NCBI RefSeq assembly: GCF_036321535.1
Contig: NC_087437.1
Location: forward strand, 73,472,001-73,536,000
Origin: Camelus dromedarius
Lineage: Eukaryota
Direction of reading: 5' to 3'
Length of the DNA stretch: 64,000 bases
Position numbers and translations under genes: made by a program. Below, piece by piece: positions 26,216 through 38,330 of the stretch. Within the stretch, counting starts at the first letter, position 1. The number at the start of each line of letters is the position of its first letter. A model generated the notes under the pieces. It was not told the origin of the DNA. It searched no databases and worked only from the letters and a program-made list of their open reading frames with translations.

Positions 26216-28584
26216 GAGCATGACTCAATAGTTGCTCACAGTGAAGATCATGGATCATCACAAAGATTTAAAATTATATTTTATATACTCTAAGAAGCCA
26301 GGAAACATATAATATGGCATACAAAGGCTTCTGTCCAAATTATTAACATTTTAAACACGATGCATATCTTCAGAAATGCAGAAAAACTTGTTATCCAGAA
26401 TAATACAAGTTATGAAGATTTGTTTTTAGCTCTGTAGTTTTAGTAATAGCAAAGGCAACTATTTTTAAAATATAGAATAAAAAAACACACAAAAAACTTA
26501 GGTTACCAGCAGAATTACAAATTACTGTTGAAAATATGGAACAGCAAGGAATAGAGCAGATTTTTCCTGAAGAGGTCTGTCAGAATCTCTCTTCACCTAA
26601 ATGCATCTCCTTCAAGACAGGCAGATTCCTGCCTTTTTGACCAGGGACCAGCAATTCTTGACTTATTAACTGCTACCTCTGTTGTACAAATTAATAATGG
26701 TCTCTGTTTGTTATTTGCCATGATATGTTGCCTTTACTTATATCAATAAACTGAGAAGTGAAGCAATTTGCCACAGATTAAACGGCATAGAGTTAGCAGA
26801 CCAGTATTTCACTTCAAGCCTGTGTGAATAAAACCTGCAAGTATCCTACTAAACACCCTGGAGTACCAGAGCCCTTTCTGTTTTCATACTCCTGATGGCT
26901 GTTAACCTAGACACTGTCCTAATTTTGGTGATAACCATGGATCATAAACACAGAACCTATTGTAAGTATTGTTGCTACCTGTTTTAGAACAAAGCTTTCT
27001 TTCTGGTGAATAAAACCTCCATCAGACATTCCAATTTTCTTATCTGTAGCATTTTATTGATAATCATTCCTGTGGGAAGAATAAAAACTCTTTGTAATAA
27101 AAGTAATGTCTGGTATTTGTAAGATATGGTAAGACATTTATAATTTTTAATATGTCGTATAAAATCCTTTGAGCTGCCTGAAGAGGTGTGCAATATGAAG
27201 GCAAGTTATTAGTGATTGAAATGTGTTTTCCACAAATCTCACCAGTTGTTTTAAATGCAATCTCATGGTAACAGTTTGTTCAGCCAAGATTAACATAAGC
27301 CAATATACACATTTGTAGAAAAATTCAACCCAATTACTTTGAGAACCACTGACATATTTTAGATCAAAATGCCAAAAACCTCATAATTTTCTTAATAATT
27401 AATTTAAAAAATAACATCTTTTAGAGAAAAACTGTCCTTTAAAACACCTCTATGCCCTTATGTTACATCTATTAAACCAGATACTGAGTTACATAAATGG
27501 GCAAAAATAGGAAAAGCAACTAATCTCAATAGCTATAGCTCATGTTCCCCCCCCCCCATTTGACATATGAGGCAAATTGCCTTAAAGGTCATTAGCCACG
27601 TGTTCTGCAGATAAATCTGACAACTGTTGCTGTTTAACTTGGCAGGGCTGTAAAATATTACAAAGCTGTGATTGAAATTCTGAAAGTTTCTGCGTAGTCT
27701 TAAAACTTTAAAACCTGAAGCTATGATAGAATTTGTTCATTTTTTAAATTTTTTTATTTTGTAAAATCAAACACCAGCAACTTCTGGCTCTTTTACCTCC
27801 TCAGATACAGTTGCAAGTATCTGTTTCTTGATCTAGAGAAACATATCTCTACATATATACCCCATAAGAATTCAACGTATATATTGAGATTTTTATTTGG
27901 ACTTTGGGAGAATGGGGGGAAAGCTATCAGAAATATACCTATTGTATTACTTTATTTTTTCAGTCAGAAGATCAAATTAAAAATAAGAGACTATAAGGCT
28001 GGATGAGTAAGTTATAACAAAACATTTTAGAGATGAATACTAAGCAGGGACTAGCTAAAAATTATTATTTTTTCAGATGCTGTCTGCATGAAAAATTTAA
28101 ACTACAATATTACATGAAGTCAATTAAAGCATTTTAGGAGTTATGTATGCTAGTGAGTAGGAAGAGGAACTTTGGGGATAGATTAGTAGGTTGAATAGAC
28201 TTCAACCATCAGTATAAAAAACGTAGTGGAATTTGGAGTTATTATTGTTCTTATTCCAACCCAACTGGGTACACAATCTTTCAGACACTTATTTCTTGAG
28301 TTTCCTGGGCCTGGGACACAGTCCTTTCTTCCTAAATACCCAGAGCCTATTGATTCTTCAACATCAATGTCATATATCACTCAATCTTTCATCTAAATAA
28401 CCATATTACTTCTTGTCTGTACCATTCATTTGTACTGCGTTGTGGCTATTTCAGAAATAATTATCTTAAAATGCAATTTAATTCTTAAGATCTCCAAAGC
28501 AGAAACTAAAGTCTTTACTGCTTGGAATGCCCCCATCAGCCTAGGGTAGTTTAGGTTCTTTAGAATTCAGTGAAATTCACATGT

Positions 28585-30370
28585 CAGGTAGACGTGGTTG
28601 ATTGAACAAAAGTGTTCATCTTTGCTCCTGCCCAAATTTCTAGCAAATTTACAAGAATGAATAAAAAGGTACTGATTTATACAAGAAAGACAATGAGAAT
28701 GGGAGAGAAGATCGCAGTGGACAAGAAAAATAAAAATTGGGGGAAATATGGAAGTGGGTAGAAGAAATACTTAAATAGGGCAGGAGAAGATGAATCTTAA
28801 GGGCAAACAGAGGGAGATAACAAAATACAAACCTATTCATTTGTCAAACTGTAGGAAGGCTCAGATATTAAGAGGTACCAGTTAATTAGAAGAGGGGGAT
28901 GCTACAGTCTGAATGTTTATCCCCACCAAATTCATCTGTTAAAATCCTAACTCCCAAGGTGATGGTATCAGAAGGTGGAGCCTTTGGTTTGTGATTAGGA
29001 CTGGAGAGTGAAGCCCTCATGAATGGGATTCACGCCCTAGGCAGCATCCTTGACACTTCTACCACATGCAACACAATGAGAAATCTGCAGCCTGGAAGAG
29101 GGCTCTCACCAGAACCCACCCAGGATGACACCCTGCCTGTAGAACCCATGCTGGCACCCAGCCTCTAGAAATGTGAACAATAAATGTCTGCTGTTTATCA
29201 GACACCCGGTCGATGGAATTTTGTTATAGCACCCCAAATCACAGGTACAATGGGGAGTAAAAACAAGTGAATTGGTTTAAGGTACAAATTAGGCTCAGTC
29301 ATCTAGGTCCCCACCCCTCTCTGATGCAGCACCTGCCCACCTTGCTGCCACCTCCATAGGAAATAAAGTGTTTGGGTTCAGAAGAAATTTAACCATAAGG
29401 ACTCTAGATTTGTGGTTGTCAGGCACAAAGATGAATGTGGGTAAGGTGGCTAATTCAGAGAAGAATAGATTAAGTGGAAGTGTATATAATGAATGATGAG
29501 AACACACCCCTCCCCACCTTCCCTGCTCAAATCCCAGAAAACCAGCTGTTACCTCCTCCCTGAGGCAAGAATTGGGAGGATGTTTCTCTGAGGAAACCCA
29601 AGAGACACACAGAAAATAACCAATGATACATTTTTGTATGAGCTCGCAAAAAGGCTAGTTAGCCACCCACTCCCCACAATGAAGAGCTCACTCTCAACAA
29701 GAATTTGCCACAAAAGAAGTTTCCAATAAGTCTTACAGTATATCACTTTCACATATGGAAGAGTCATCAAGGATCACCTCCCAGTTGAGGAATTCTTCCA
29801 ACATGAAAGAGAGAAAAACAAACAAAAGGAGCAAGGTAAGAGGGGTCACAGTGATTTCCAGAAAAGCACAGAACTGATAGGTATTTTAAAAAAGAGCTTG
29901 GACTGCGTGGAAAAGTGAAACAAGAGCCTTGTGGAAGCTATGAGAAAAACTAGCAAGATTATAAACAGACAAACAAAAAAACCCTCAAAATGGAAAAAAA
30001 GGGGAAGAAATTGTTAACTACAGAGGAAAATAAAATTTGGTTAAGAAAAAATGTAATATTATGTGGTTGGGCAGAAAACATTCATGTAGATACTAAATGC
30101 TGACTTAATAAAAAGTTTGATATTTTTAACTTTGTGGGATGGGGAAAGAGAAAGCACAGTAAACCTGCTAATGTCTTCAAATATGAAGAAGTTAAGAACT
30201 ATTGTTTAAATTGATACATCTAGACATAACAGATTAGGTATATTTTTCAATATGAAGATTAAGTGCCAGAAAAAAAGTCACAAAGTTTAAAATGACTGTG
30301 TTTGGTAGCAGGGTAGGTCCAAGACAGGGGACTGTTGTTTCTATTACAAGCCTTTAAAACTCTTCATATG
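28585..30370 (+). mobile_element. Old L1ME/HAL1-like element interrupted by MLT1
   Basis: 5'-end-like 'gacgtggttgattgaacaaaagtgttcatctttgctcc' and A-rich body and 3' end. Confidence 0.5.
28900..29250 (+). mobile_element. MLT1A-like solo LTR
   Basis: 'tgctacagtctgaatgtttatcccc..aaattcat..aatcctaa' ... 'caataaatgtctgctgtttat..ttttgttatagca'. Confidence 0.85.
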
Positions 30371-30679
30371 TTTCTATGATAAATATAAGAAGTAACAACT
30401 ACTTTTTGAACATTGAGATTAACTTATTTCCAGTGAGAAAGCTGAATCCATTTTACCTTGATGTTTAAAGTGTCCAAAGGTCTCTGGTACCCTACAGAAA
30501 GGGTGAAAAAAGAGCACCTTTTCTCCTTTCACACCAAAACGTCTCCTGGAGCAGAAACTACATGCTTCCGAGGTACCTGCATACTAGTCTCAAAGATAAG
30601 CCCAAAGGGCCCTATCTTCTTTCAAATGTTCTTAGTAAAGGCAGCTGTCATATTACTGTAATCACATATTACAGCCAAG

Positions 30680-31030
30680 AGGCGAGCCTGAGTACCCCGT
30701 TGGGAGGAATCCTCATTTCCTGGTCCTACAGTTTACCGGAGGAAGGCGTTTCTCTGAATGCTTCCGTTACTCTCTACCCGCCCCTTCATTGGATCCTCCC
30801 ACAGCAAGGAGGAAGGACTTCATCTTATTGGTGGATTTGACAGAGGGGAGGGACAGGGCGTGCCTGGTGCTGCGGCTTCGGCTCCTCTTGGGAGCGCTCA
30901 CCCCTAGGCTTATGAACATCGAGGCCAGCTCCTCCTTGCCTACCAGGTAGAGTCTTTCTTTCTAAATAGGAAAGTGTGGCCATTTATTCAGTGCTGCCAG
31001 CAACCGCGTGGGGTTATTCTGTTCACGGTT
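30680..31030. promoter_or_regulatory. Candidate bidirectional promoter (local CpG cluster)
   Basis: About a dozen or more CpGs in ~350 bp in an otherwise CpG-depleted window. MYB cores CCGTTG 30697-30702 and CCGTTA 30764-30769; ETS core CTTCCG 30761-30766; GC box CCCGCCCC 30777-30784; two inverted CCAAT boxes (ATTGG 30788-30792, 30827-30831); X-box-like GCTGCCAGCAAC 30993-31004; + strand donor CAG|GTAGAG at 30946/30947. Confidence 0.6.
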
Positions 31031-31569
31031 AGGAAGTCTGTTGTCCCACAGCTCTACTCAAGCTTTCAGAAGTAGCAGTAAAGGGGATACTTTGGTTCCG
31101 TCAGCCAATTGTCCTGTTGTCTTTAGTTGTTATTTATCAGGCTGAATCTAATTCAGCATTAACTCTGTCAGATGTCTGGCTGTCGTGCCTTTGGTTTTCT
31201 CAGTTCTGAGGGGTTTTCTGTGGTCAGCCTGGTGGCAATGTATAAATACTGTTTATATAAATACTAAATTTAGTGACCTTATAAAATGCTTTCTTGCTTT
31301 AATTGTGTAATAAGTCAACTATATAATGAGAAAAATGAAGAGATTAAGTTAAGTTTTCTTTATTTGCAATGTACTCTCATTGAAAATGTAAATAAAAGTT
31401 GTCAGTTGAGATAAATAACACTTTATTCTTCTGGGAAAACATGGAAGTTAAGAATATGAGGATTCAGTAAAGTGAAAAGCTGATGAAAATGACGTATACT
31501 TTCCCGTTGTATCCTAAGAGAATGAGTTCAATTCACATTAGAAAATAGATTTATATAACAAACATGCTT

Positions 31570-32060
31570 TTAACATAAAATTATTGAATATCATCTGTGC
31601 GCCAGTCAATATTTTAATGCTAGGGATACAGTCAACAAAACAGGTGAAAACCCCTACCCTTGTGGAGACTACTTCCTTTTTTTTCATTTTTTGAGATGTA
31701 ATTAACAAATGAGATTACTTTCTAATGGGCAAGACAGATAATGAACCATAAATAGGTAAAATATATGTTAGAAGGCAATGAGTGTTATGGAGAAAAAATA
31801 AAATAGGAAAGGTGAATGAATATTGAGTGTTGAGGTTGAAGATCAGAATTGCAGTTTTAAAATAGTGTTATCACTTGAGTAAACACCTGGAGGAAATTGA
31901 GGTGACAAATCATATTTTCATCATCTTTCAATGTTCTATTTATGTTACTCACTAAGGGAGTGAGTGAGATGGAGAAGAGGTCAAAGGACTGAGCCTGGGG
32001 GCACTCCAACAGTAAGTGTTGGAAATGAAGTGAAGAGAGATGAAGAAGAAACAGCAAAGC
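31570..32060 (-). mobile_element. L2 fragments
   Basis: 'ttattgaatatcatctgtgcgccag..tgctagggatacag..cctacccttgtggag' and 'aggactgagcctgggggcactccaaca'. Confidence 0.7.
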
Positions 32061-34096
32061 AGTTGGTAGGAAATGTAGAAGCCACCATGAGAGGCCCCTC
32101 ACCATCTGGGCATGTGTGAATAGAAGGAGGCTCAGGAAGATTTAATGAAGGTATTAACTAAACTTGGCATTAAAGAGTAAGCAGCACATAGATGGGTGGG
32201 TTATTTTAAACAGGTAAAATTGAGCACAGAGGCAATTACTGAGGCATGTGAAAGAAAATCAGATTTGGAGATGGATGACTATTTCAGTGTTTCTGGAAGG
32301 AGGGTTGGTTGGGGTAGGAAGTAGGAGCAAGGTTTGCTGGGGTGAGTTGGGAGAAGAAAGATGAAAACTGGACGTTGAGGCGATGACTATCTTTAAAGAG
32401 TTGAGCATCCCATGATACTGACTGAGGAAATTTTGAATTAAATCAAATAAAGACAAAAGTCTCCAAATGGGACTTTTCCAGGGAGATGCCAAATAAATCT
32501 AATAGTGGCAGTTCTCTGGGATGGGGCTTTTCGGGGAGTTCCAAACCCATTTTGTTTCCTCCAGTGGCTTCTAGGCTGCTGGTTTTTATAACTACCACAG
32601 TTCCAAGACCCCTGGTTTAAGGACCTATCATACAGCTGGGAGAGAAGAGTGGGAATGGCACAAGTTAAAGTGTTCTTGAGATTCAGCCATTTTTCTTGAT
32701 GCAAAGTGTTACTTTCCAGAGTTCCAAAAAGTTGTTATTTGTAATTTTTACCTGTGTTCTTATTTTTTAAGAACTTTTATGGAAGAGTAGATTTTCAGAT
32801 GTCTTTACTTTCCTATTCTAGACGTGCTTGTGCTTCTCTTGGCTGTACTTTTTAACCACCAGTTTTTTCACAGAGCCAGGAAGGATCCCAAGCAAAGATT
32901 TATCATCTAAACATATACAAGCCTTGAACAAGAGAAGACCAACCTGCATATGATTTTCTTGAGTGTTTAAAATTTTTGTTTACATTATGTTTATTAAAGT
33001 TTTACCATGCAACTTTTATGCCATGATGAGCAAATCACAATCTTGGCTTTCTTCTAGGGGACAAAGAATAGGTAAGGTAACTTTAGATAAGAAAGACGAT
33101 ACCAGGTGAAGAATTTTGAATGTGTAAGACGTCAGGAAGCAGTGGAAGATTCCAAACAGAAAGATACAACTGGGTTTGGTAATCAGTGAGGATGATTCAG
33201 AATCATGATTGAATATGGTGTTTGTAGAAGCAAGAAGACTCAAAGTAGCACACTGACATTTTATATAGCTACTTTTATGCTAATTAAAGATCTTTTGAGG
33301 TAATGTGAAGGAACTGTTTTTTTAATGCCTTGTTTTCCTAGCCATAGATAAGGAAAAATTTTGGATTTAAAAGAATTATATGTGAAAATGCTGGCTTCTG
33401 CTGATACCACCTATAGTTAGTCAAGACATGCGAATTCAAATATGTCTCAGATATGTGACACACCTACTTTTAAAGTGAGCCTCATTCACAACATGAGAAA
33501 AGGTTTTCTTGTTAAAGACAAGATGAATTATATAATGAATAAAAGAAGAATCCAACCCAGCAAACAGTATATTTCTATGCTATTCCAAAATAAAAAACAC
33601 TTAAATACATTCCTTTTTTCCCCTATGGTGTAACTCACCTATGGAATTTAAAATCTTTTACAGGCATTAGTGGAGAAAACAAGTTAATTTTTAATCTCAA
33701 TTCTGATCCTGCTTCCATACTGCAGAATGAATCTGGAGAAAGTCACATGGCCATATTGATTACTCTATTACTGGGTTTCTCTGTAGTTGTAGATGTGCCT
33801 CATAGTTCTTCAGTAATCCTTTATTCATCTAAGTTGACACCTTTTCATTTTTATGCATTTGGCCATACAGATCTTCTTTTGCTCTGCCAAGTTTGTATAC
33901 TCATCCCTGATTGTTTAACTGTGAATAGACACAACTGATTAACTCTTAACTAAGGAAATTGTACATATTCATTATGAAATTTCCCAACTTTATTTCCTTC
34001 TAAACTATCTTTGTGGTTTTATGCATCATCTAAACTGTCTTTGCAGTTTTATTTATCTTCTAATTTTTCCTATTTCAAAAAAAATGTTTCTTCTCT

Positions 34097-34098
<2 letters not shown>

Positions 34099-34127
<29 letters not shown>

Positions 34128-34202
34128 GTTTGGAGCACAGAAAAATCTATTGCAGGGCCACGCAAGGAGGATGAGCTGATCATGCTCGAAAAACCCTAAC
34201 TC
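34099..34202 (-). mobile_element. Polyadenylated LTR-like (U3/R) fragment, probable L1-mediated retrocopy
   Basis: Minus strand ..GAGCATGATCAGCTCATCCTCCTTGCGTGGCCCTGCAATAGATTTTTCTGTGCTCCAAAC followed by a long pure A tract; degenerate flanking repeat cttctctt/ctcctctt. Confidence 0.6.
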
Positions 34203-34899
34203 CTCTTTTCATTTTCAAGACTGGTCTACTTTTTGTGCCTAGGATCCTATAAACTCCATCTTTTTGGGGGCCTTGTCTAAGCAACCACTCTCTCCTGCAT
34301 TTTTTAACCACCTTTTTTTTTGAAATTTACTTTCTCCTAGACTTAAACATTTTATGAAATTTCCCCTACCCTAAAATGTAAGCAAAGAAATACAAACAAC
34401 CACTAACACAAAATGTTACTCTCAATTGTTTCATTTTTTTTGCTTTCTTTCATGGCCTAATGAATGGTATTTATTTGTAATGAGTTAATATATTGATACA
34501 TATTTAAATTATTTCCAGTTTTAACTATTGTAAGTAATACTTAATACTGGAAGACAATTCTTATACATATTTTTGTACATATACTTATGATTTATTTAGA
34601 ATTAGTTCTTACAGGGTGTATTTCTAAGCCAAATTTTGCAAAACTGAAGGTTTGTAATTGTCTGATAAATTCTCTTGAATGGTTGTATTAGTGCACACTC
34701 CTGTTAAAAGTGTGTGTGTGTGTTTTCTAGCAATCTTTTCAAAATTGCATTTTAATATTAAAAAATCATTTCCAAGTGAGTAGGTAAAAGTATTATCTTT
34801 ATTTATTCATTTTTATTATCTTTATTGTTAATTGCATTTCTTTGATTATATGTGAGGTTTAAGGATCTAATTTGTATAATTTAATTCTTCTGTATTTGT

Positions 34900-37800
34900 T
34901 AAATTACCCAGAACATCACCTATCTTGGTGAATGTTCCATGTGCTTTTGAAAATCGTGTATTTTGCTGTTATTTGGTAGTGTATTGTATAAATATAAATG
35001 AGGTCTTTTATATCTTTATTGATTCTTTGTTTAATTATTCTTTCAAATAATGAGAGGCATAAATCCCCAACTGTAATTGTGGATTTGTTTATTTCTCTTT
35101 TCATTTGTATTAGTTTTTGCCTTGTGTATTTTTAGATGTGTTGTTAAGTGCATAAACATTTTGGATTATTATGTCTTCTTGGAGAATTAACCTTTTATTG
35201 TTATTTAATATTTCTCTTCATCCCTGATAATATTTTTTGTCCTCACGTCTACTTCGGTATTAATATAGTTGCTCCAGATTTCTATCTTTTTTTTTTAATT
35301 AAAAAAATTTTTTTTATTGAGGGTTAGTCAGTTTACAATGTTGTGTCAGTTTCTGGTATACCCCATAATTCTTCAGTCATACATGAATATACATATATTC
35401 ATTTTCATATTCTTTTTCACCATGAGCTACTACAAGATATTGAATATATTTCCCTGTGCTATACAGTATAAACTTATTTATCTGTTTTATATATACCAGT
35501 CAGTATCTGCAAATCTCGAACTCCCAGCTTATCCCTTCCCACCCCCACCTTGGCACCCACGAGTCTGTATCCTATGTCTGTGAGTCTGTTTCTGTTTTAA
35601 ATGTAAATTCATTTGTCTTTTTTTTTTTTTAGAGTCCACCTTTAGCATTTGCGTTATATATCTTTCTCTATCCTTTACCTTTAATCCACCTGTGGCTTTA
35701 TATTTATAGTGAATATCTTGTAATCAGCATATAGTTGTATTGTGCTTTTTTTTTAATCTAATATGACAGTTTATCTTTTAAATAGATGTGTTTGGACCCT
35801 TTACATTTAATGAAATTATTTAGATGATTGGACCAATATCTATCATTTTGCCAGTTGTTTTCTATTTATTACTTTCCATTTATTTTTACCTCTTTTTCTT
35901 TCTTATTTTAGACTATTTTTATAAATCTGTTTTAAAATCATTGTTGGCTTATTATTTTTTTTATCTTTCTTAAAGAATGTTTAATGGTTGCCCTAGCAGT
36001 TACAGTGTAGTCAGAGTCTGTATTACAGCACTTTGCATGTAGTGAAGGACTTTACAACAGTATGTCCCCAATCTCTCTCTCTCATCGTGTTATTGTCATA
36101 CATTTTATTTTTAACATATGCTATAAGCATACAATAGATTGCTACTATTTTTGCTTTAGGCAGTCATTTATCACTTAAAGCAATTAAAAATAAGAAAAAA
36201 TAAAGTGCATATTATATTTTTATTTATTATTCAATTTCTAGTGTTCTTGATTTATTTGTACATCCAAGTTTGTGATTGGTATCATATGCCTTCTGTCTGA
36301 AGAACTTTCTTAACATGTGGTACAGTGCAGGTCTGCTGGCTGTTAATTCTCTCTGACTTTATTTATCTGAGGAAAGTTTTATTTCTCCTTTATTTTGATA
36401 AAAATTTCACTGGGTTTAGAATTATGGATAAGAGTTTTTCTTTCAGCACTGTTAAAGTGACACTTAACTTTTTTCTTCCCTGTATTGTTTCTGATGAGAA
36501 ATTTGCTGTAGTTCTTAACTTTGTTCATCTGTATATAATGTATCTTTTTTCCCATCTGACCGTGTTCAAGATTTTTCTCTTTTTCTTTGGTTTTCAACAG
36601 TTTTAATATGATATATGTAGTTGTTTTCTTTTGTATTTTTGTATTTACCCTGCTTGGTGATTTCTGAGCTTCTTGGATCTGTAGTTGGATGTTTGTCATT
36701 AATTTGGGAAACTTCTCAGCCTTTGTTTCTTTAAATGTTCCTTCCTGCCCTGTCCTCTCTCTCCTTTGACATTTTGGTTACATACATGTTAGACTGATAG
36801 TGTTCCATGGCTCTTGGATTCTCTGTTCATTTTGTTTTAGCCATTTTCTTCTTTGTTTCATTTTGTTAATTCTTTTGACTTATCTTAAATTTCACTTATT
36901 CTGTTCTCTGCTGAGTCAAGTCTGTTGTTGAGCCCATTGAAGGCATTCTTTATGCATGTTATTATATTTTTATTTCTAGCATCTCTGTGATATTTTTGTT
37001 ATGGTTTTAGCTTCTCTACTGAAATTACCGTCTGACTTTACATGTGGTCTACCTTTTACATAAGAGTCTTTTATATAGTAATCACAGCTATTTTTAATTC
37101 CTAGTCTGTTATTTTCAACAGCTATATCATATCTGAGATTGGGTATCTTTATTGCTTTATTTTTTGACAATGCATTGTTTTTTATTTACTTTGATGGATG
37201 CCTCCTAATTTTTTGTAGGCATTTGAACATCTTGTGTAGGATAGCAAAGACTGAGATAAATAATTTTTATGCCTGAAGATGACACAACATCTTTCTTCTG
37301 TTAGGCCTTTAGTGTAGGGGAGGTTGGGTCAGTTAAGTCAGGAGTTGAACTCTATTTGCATTTTATTGTTGCCATGGATACCTTCTGTGCAATGCCAACT
37401 CTGAATCCTTTAGCATTACCTTCTGCTCAGGGTGGAGGCTGGTTTGTCAGGTTTTTCTGATGGCTGCTCTCCACCTTCTGCTTTGGATCTTCCCTTCGAG
37501 AGATCTTCCGTGGTCTTGCTCTTTTCCCCAAAGTGGACCAGTGTTCCTTGCTACTCACCTTTGGTTGCATGATGATTGCGTGTGTGTGTTTGGTTGTGGT
37601 GGAGTAGTCTCTGTTGTTTTGATTAAGATTTAGTTTTAGGCATGTTTTGCAACTTGAGTCATGGGAGTGAGATCTTCTCATGATATTGTTGCTCACCCAG
37701 CTGGAGAAGAGGTTTCATGGTCTGGGCCCAGCACTTGTTCCTGCCCCTCCCCTAAAGGTAGAGAGTTTTTTTCTATTCCAGCCTCTTAGCTACAGTGGGT

Positions 37801-38330
37801 TTCAACGGAGCCCAAAGGGAAGGGAGAAAGGGCTTGTTTCTCTTCTTCAACAGTTGAAGGCCTTTTATCATAGGGGAGATAGGAGAAAAGGATCCAAGTG
37901 GAGTATGCTTTTGCGGTAGAGACTGTTCCTTCACCAGGGCTGCATCTCAGCAGGCTTAATTAGTCTTCTCACCAGTGTTTTTGTGAGCATTTAGCAAGGT
38001 CTGTGCACAGTGGGTCTGCAAGTGGGAGCAAGTGCCCCTGTGTGTGCCGCCCTCAGGTGCTTTATTCTCTGGCTAGCCAACAGTTGGCCTGCAGCAATTC
38101 TTTAAATATTTTAGATGAATTCTTATTACATGTATCCAGCAGCATCTTCCCCAAGTCATCAAATTCTTGCTTTCCATCTATCCTTGGAGTGCATTTTTTT
38201 TTTTTTTTTTAGATTTCTGATCAGTTTGTTGCCTTGCAGCCTCAGCTGAAAGATAGGTTTAAGTATTGTAGATTTTCTATCATTTTATTGTTGTGTACTT
38301 AGTGTGAGATTGCATGGAACTTACATATTG
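34900..38330 (-). mobile_element. Old L1M 5' half (5'UTR, ORF1, spacer, ORF2 endonuclease)
   Basis: ORF 36379-36699 is ORF1-like (IQEAQKSPSRVN..YIILKLLKTKEKEK); ORF 34916-35104 is EN-like (EINKSTITVGD); antisense L1 composition throughout. Confidence 0.85.
35288..35639 (-). mobile_element. Camelid-type L1 3'UTR fragment nested in old L1
   Basis: Similar to the reverse complement of 12745-13060 (ttacaatgttgtgtca..catacatgaatatacatatattcat..ttccctgtgctatacagtat). Confidence 0.85.

Larger units (their letters stand above)
2132..30491 (-). pseudogene. Candidate decayed multi-exon gene (or spliced lncRNA) transcribed leftward from the 30.8 kb promoter; family not recognised
   Basis: Series of minus-strand segments, most with polypyrimidine-AG acceptors and GT donors, in unique DNA: 30457-30491, 26979-27069, 26597-26678, 19441-19506, 18584-18620, 17855-17946, 14735-14865 (open: FSELNTTHHALYKAHCLVLCTHQVLEARGLLSNSPKCCRFLDV), 8946-9127 (open frame NLEEPADNDLHWLMQKLLEHKVHPKLHLLGHQPFLMITELVD..., acceptor not located), 3476-3713, 2510-2628, 2132-2279. 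Several contain stops in all frames. May continue past the left edge. Confidence 0.35.

Noticed and set aside
30836..30841. CHR cell-cycle element
   Set aside because: The sequence is TTTGAC rather than canonical TTTGAA, so a DREAM-type promoter is not claimed.
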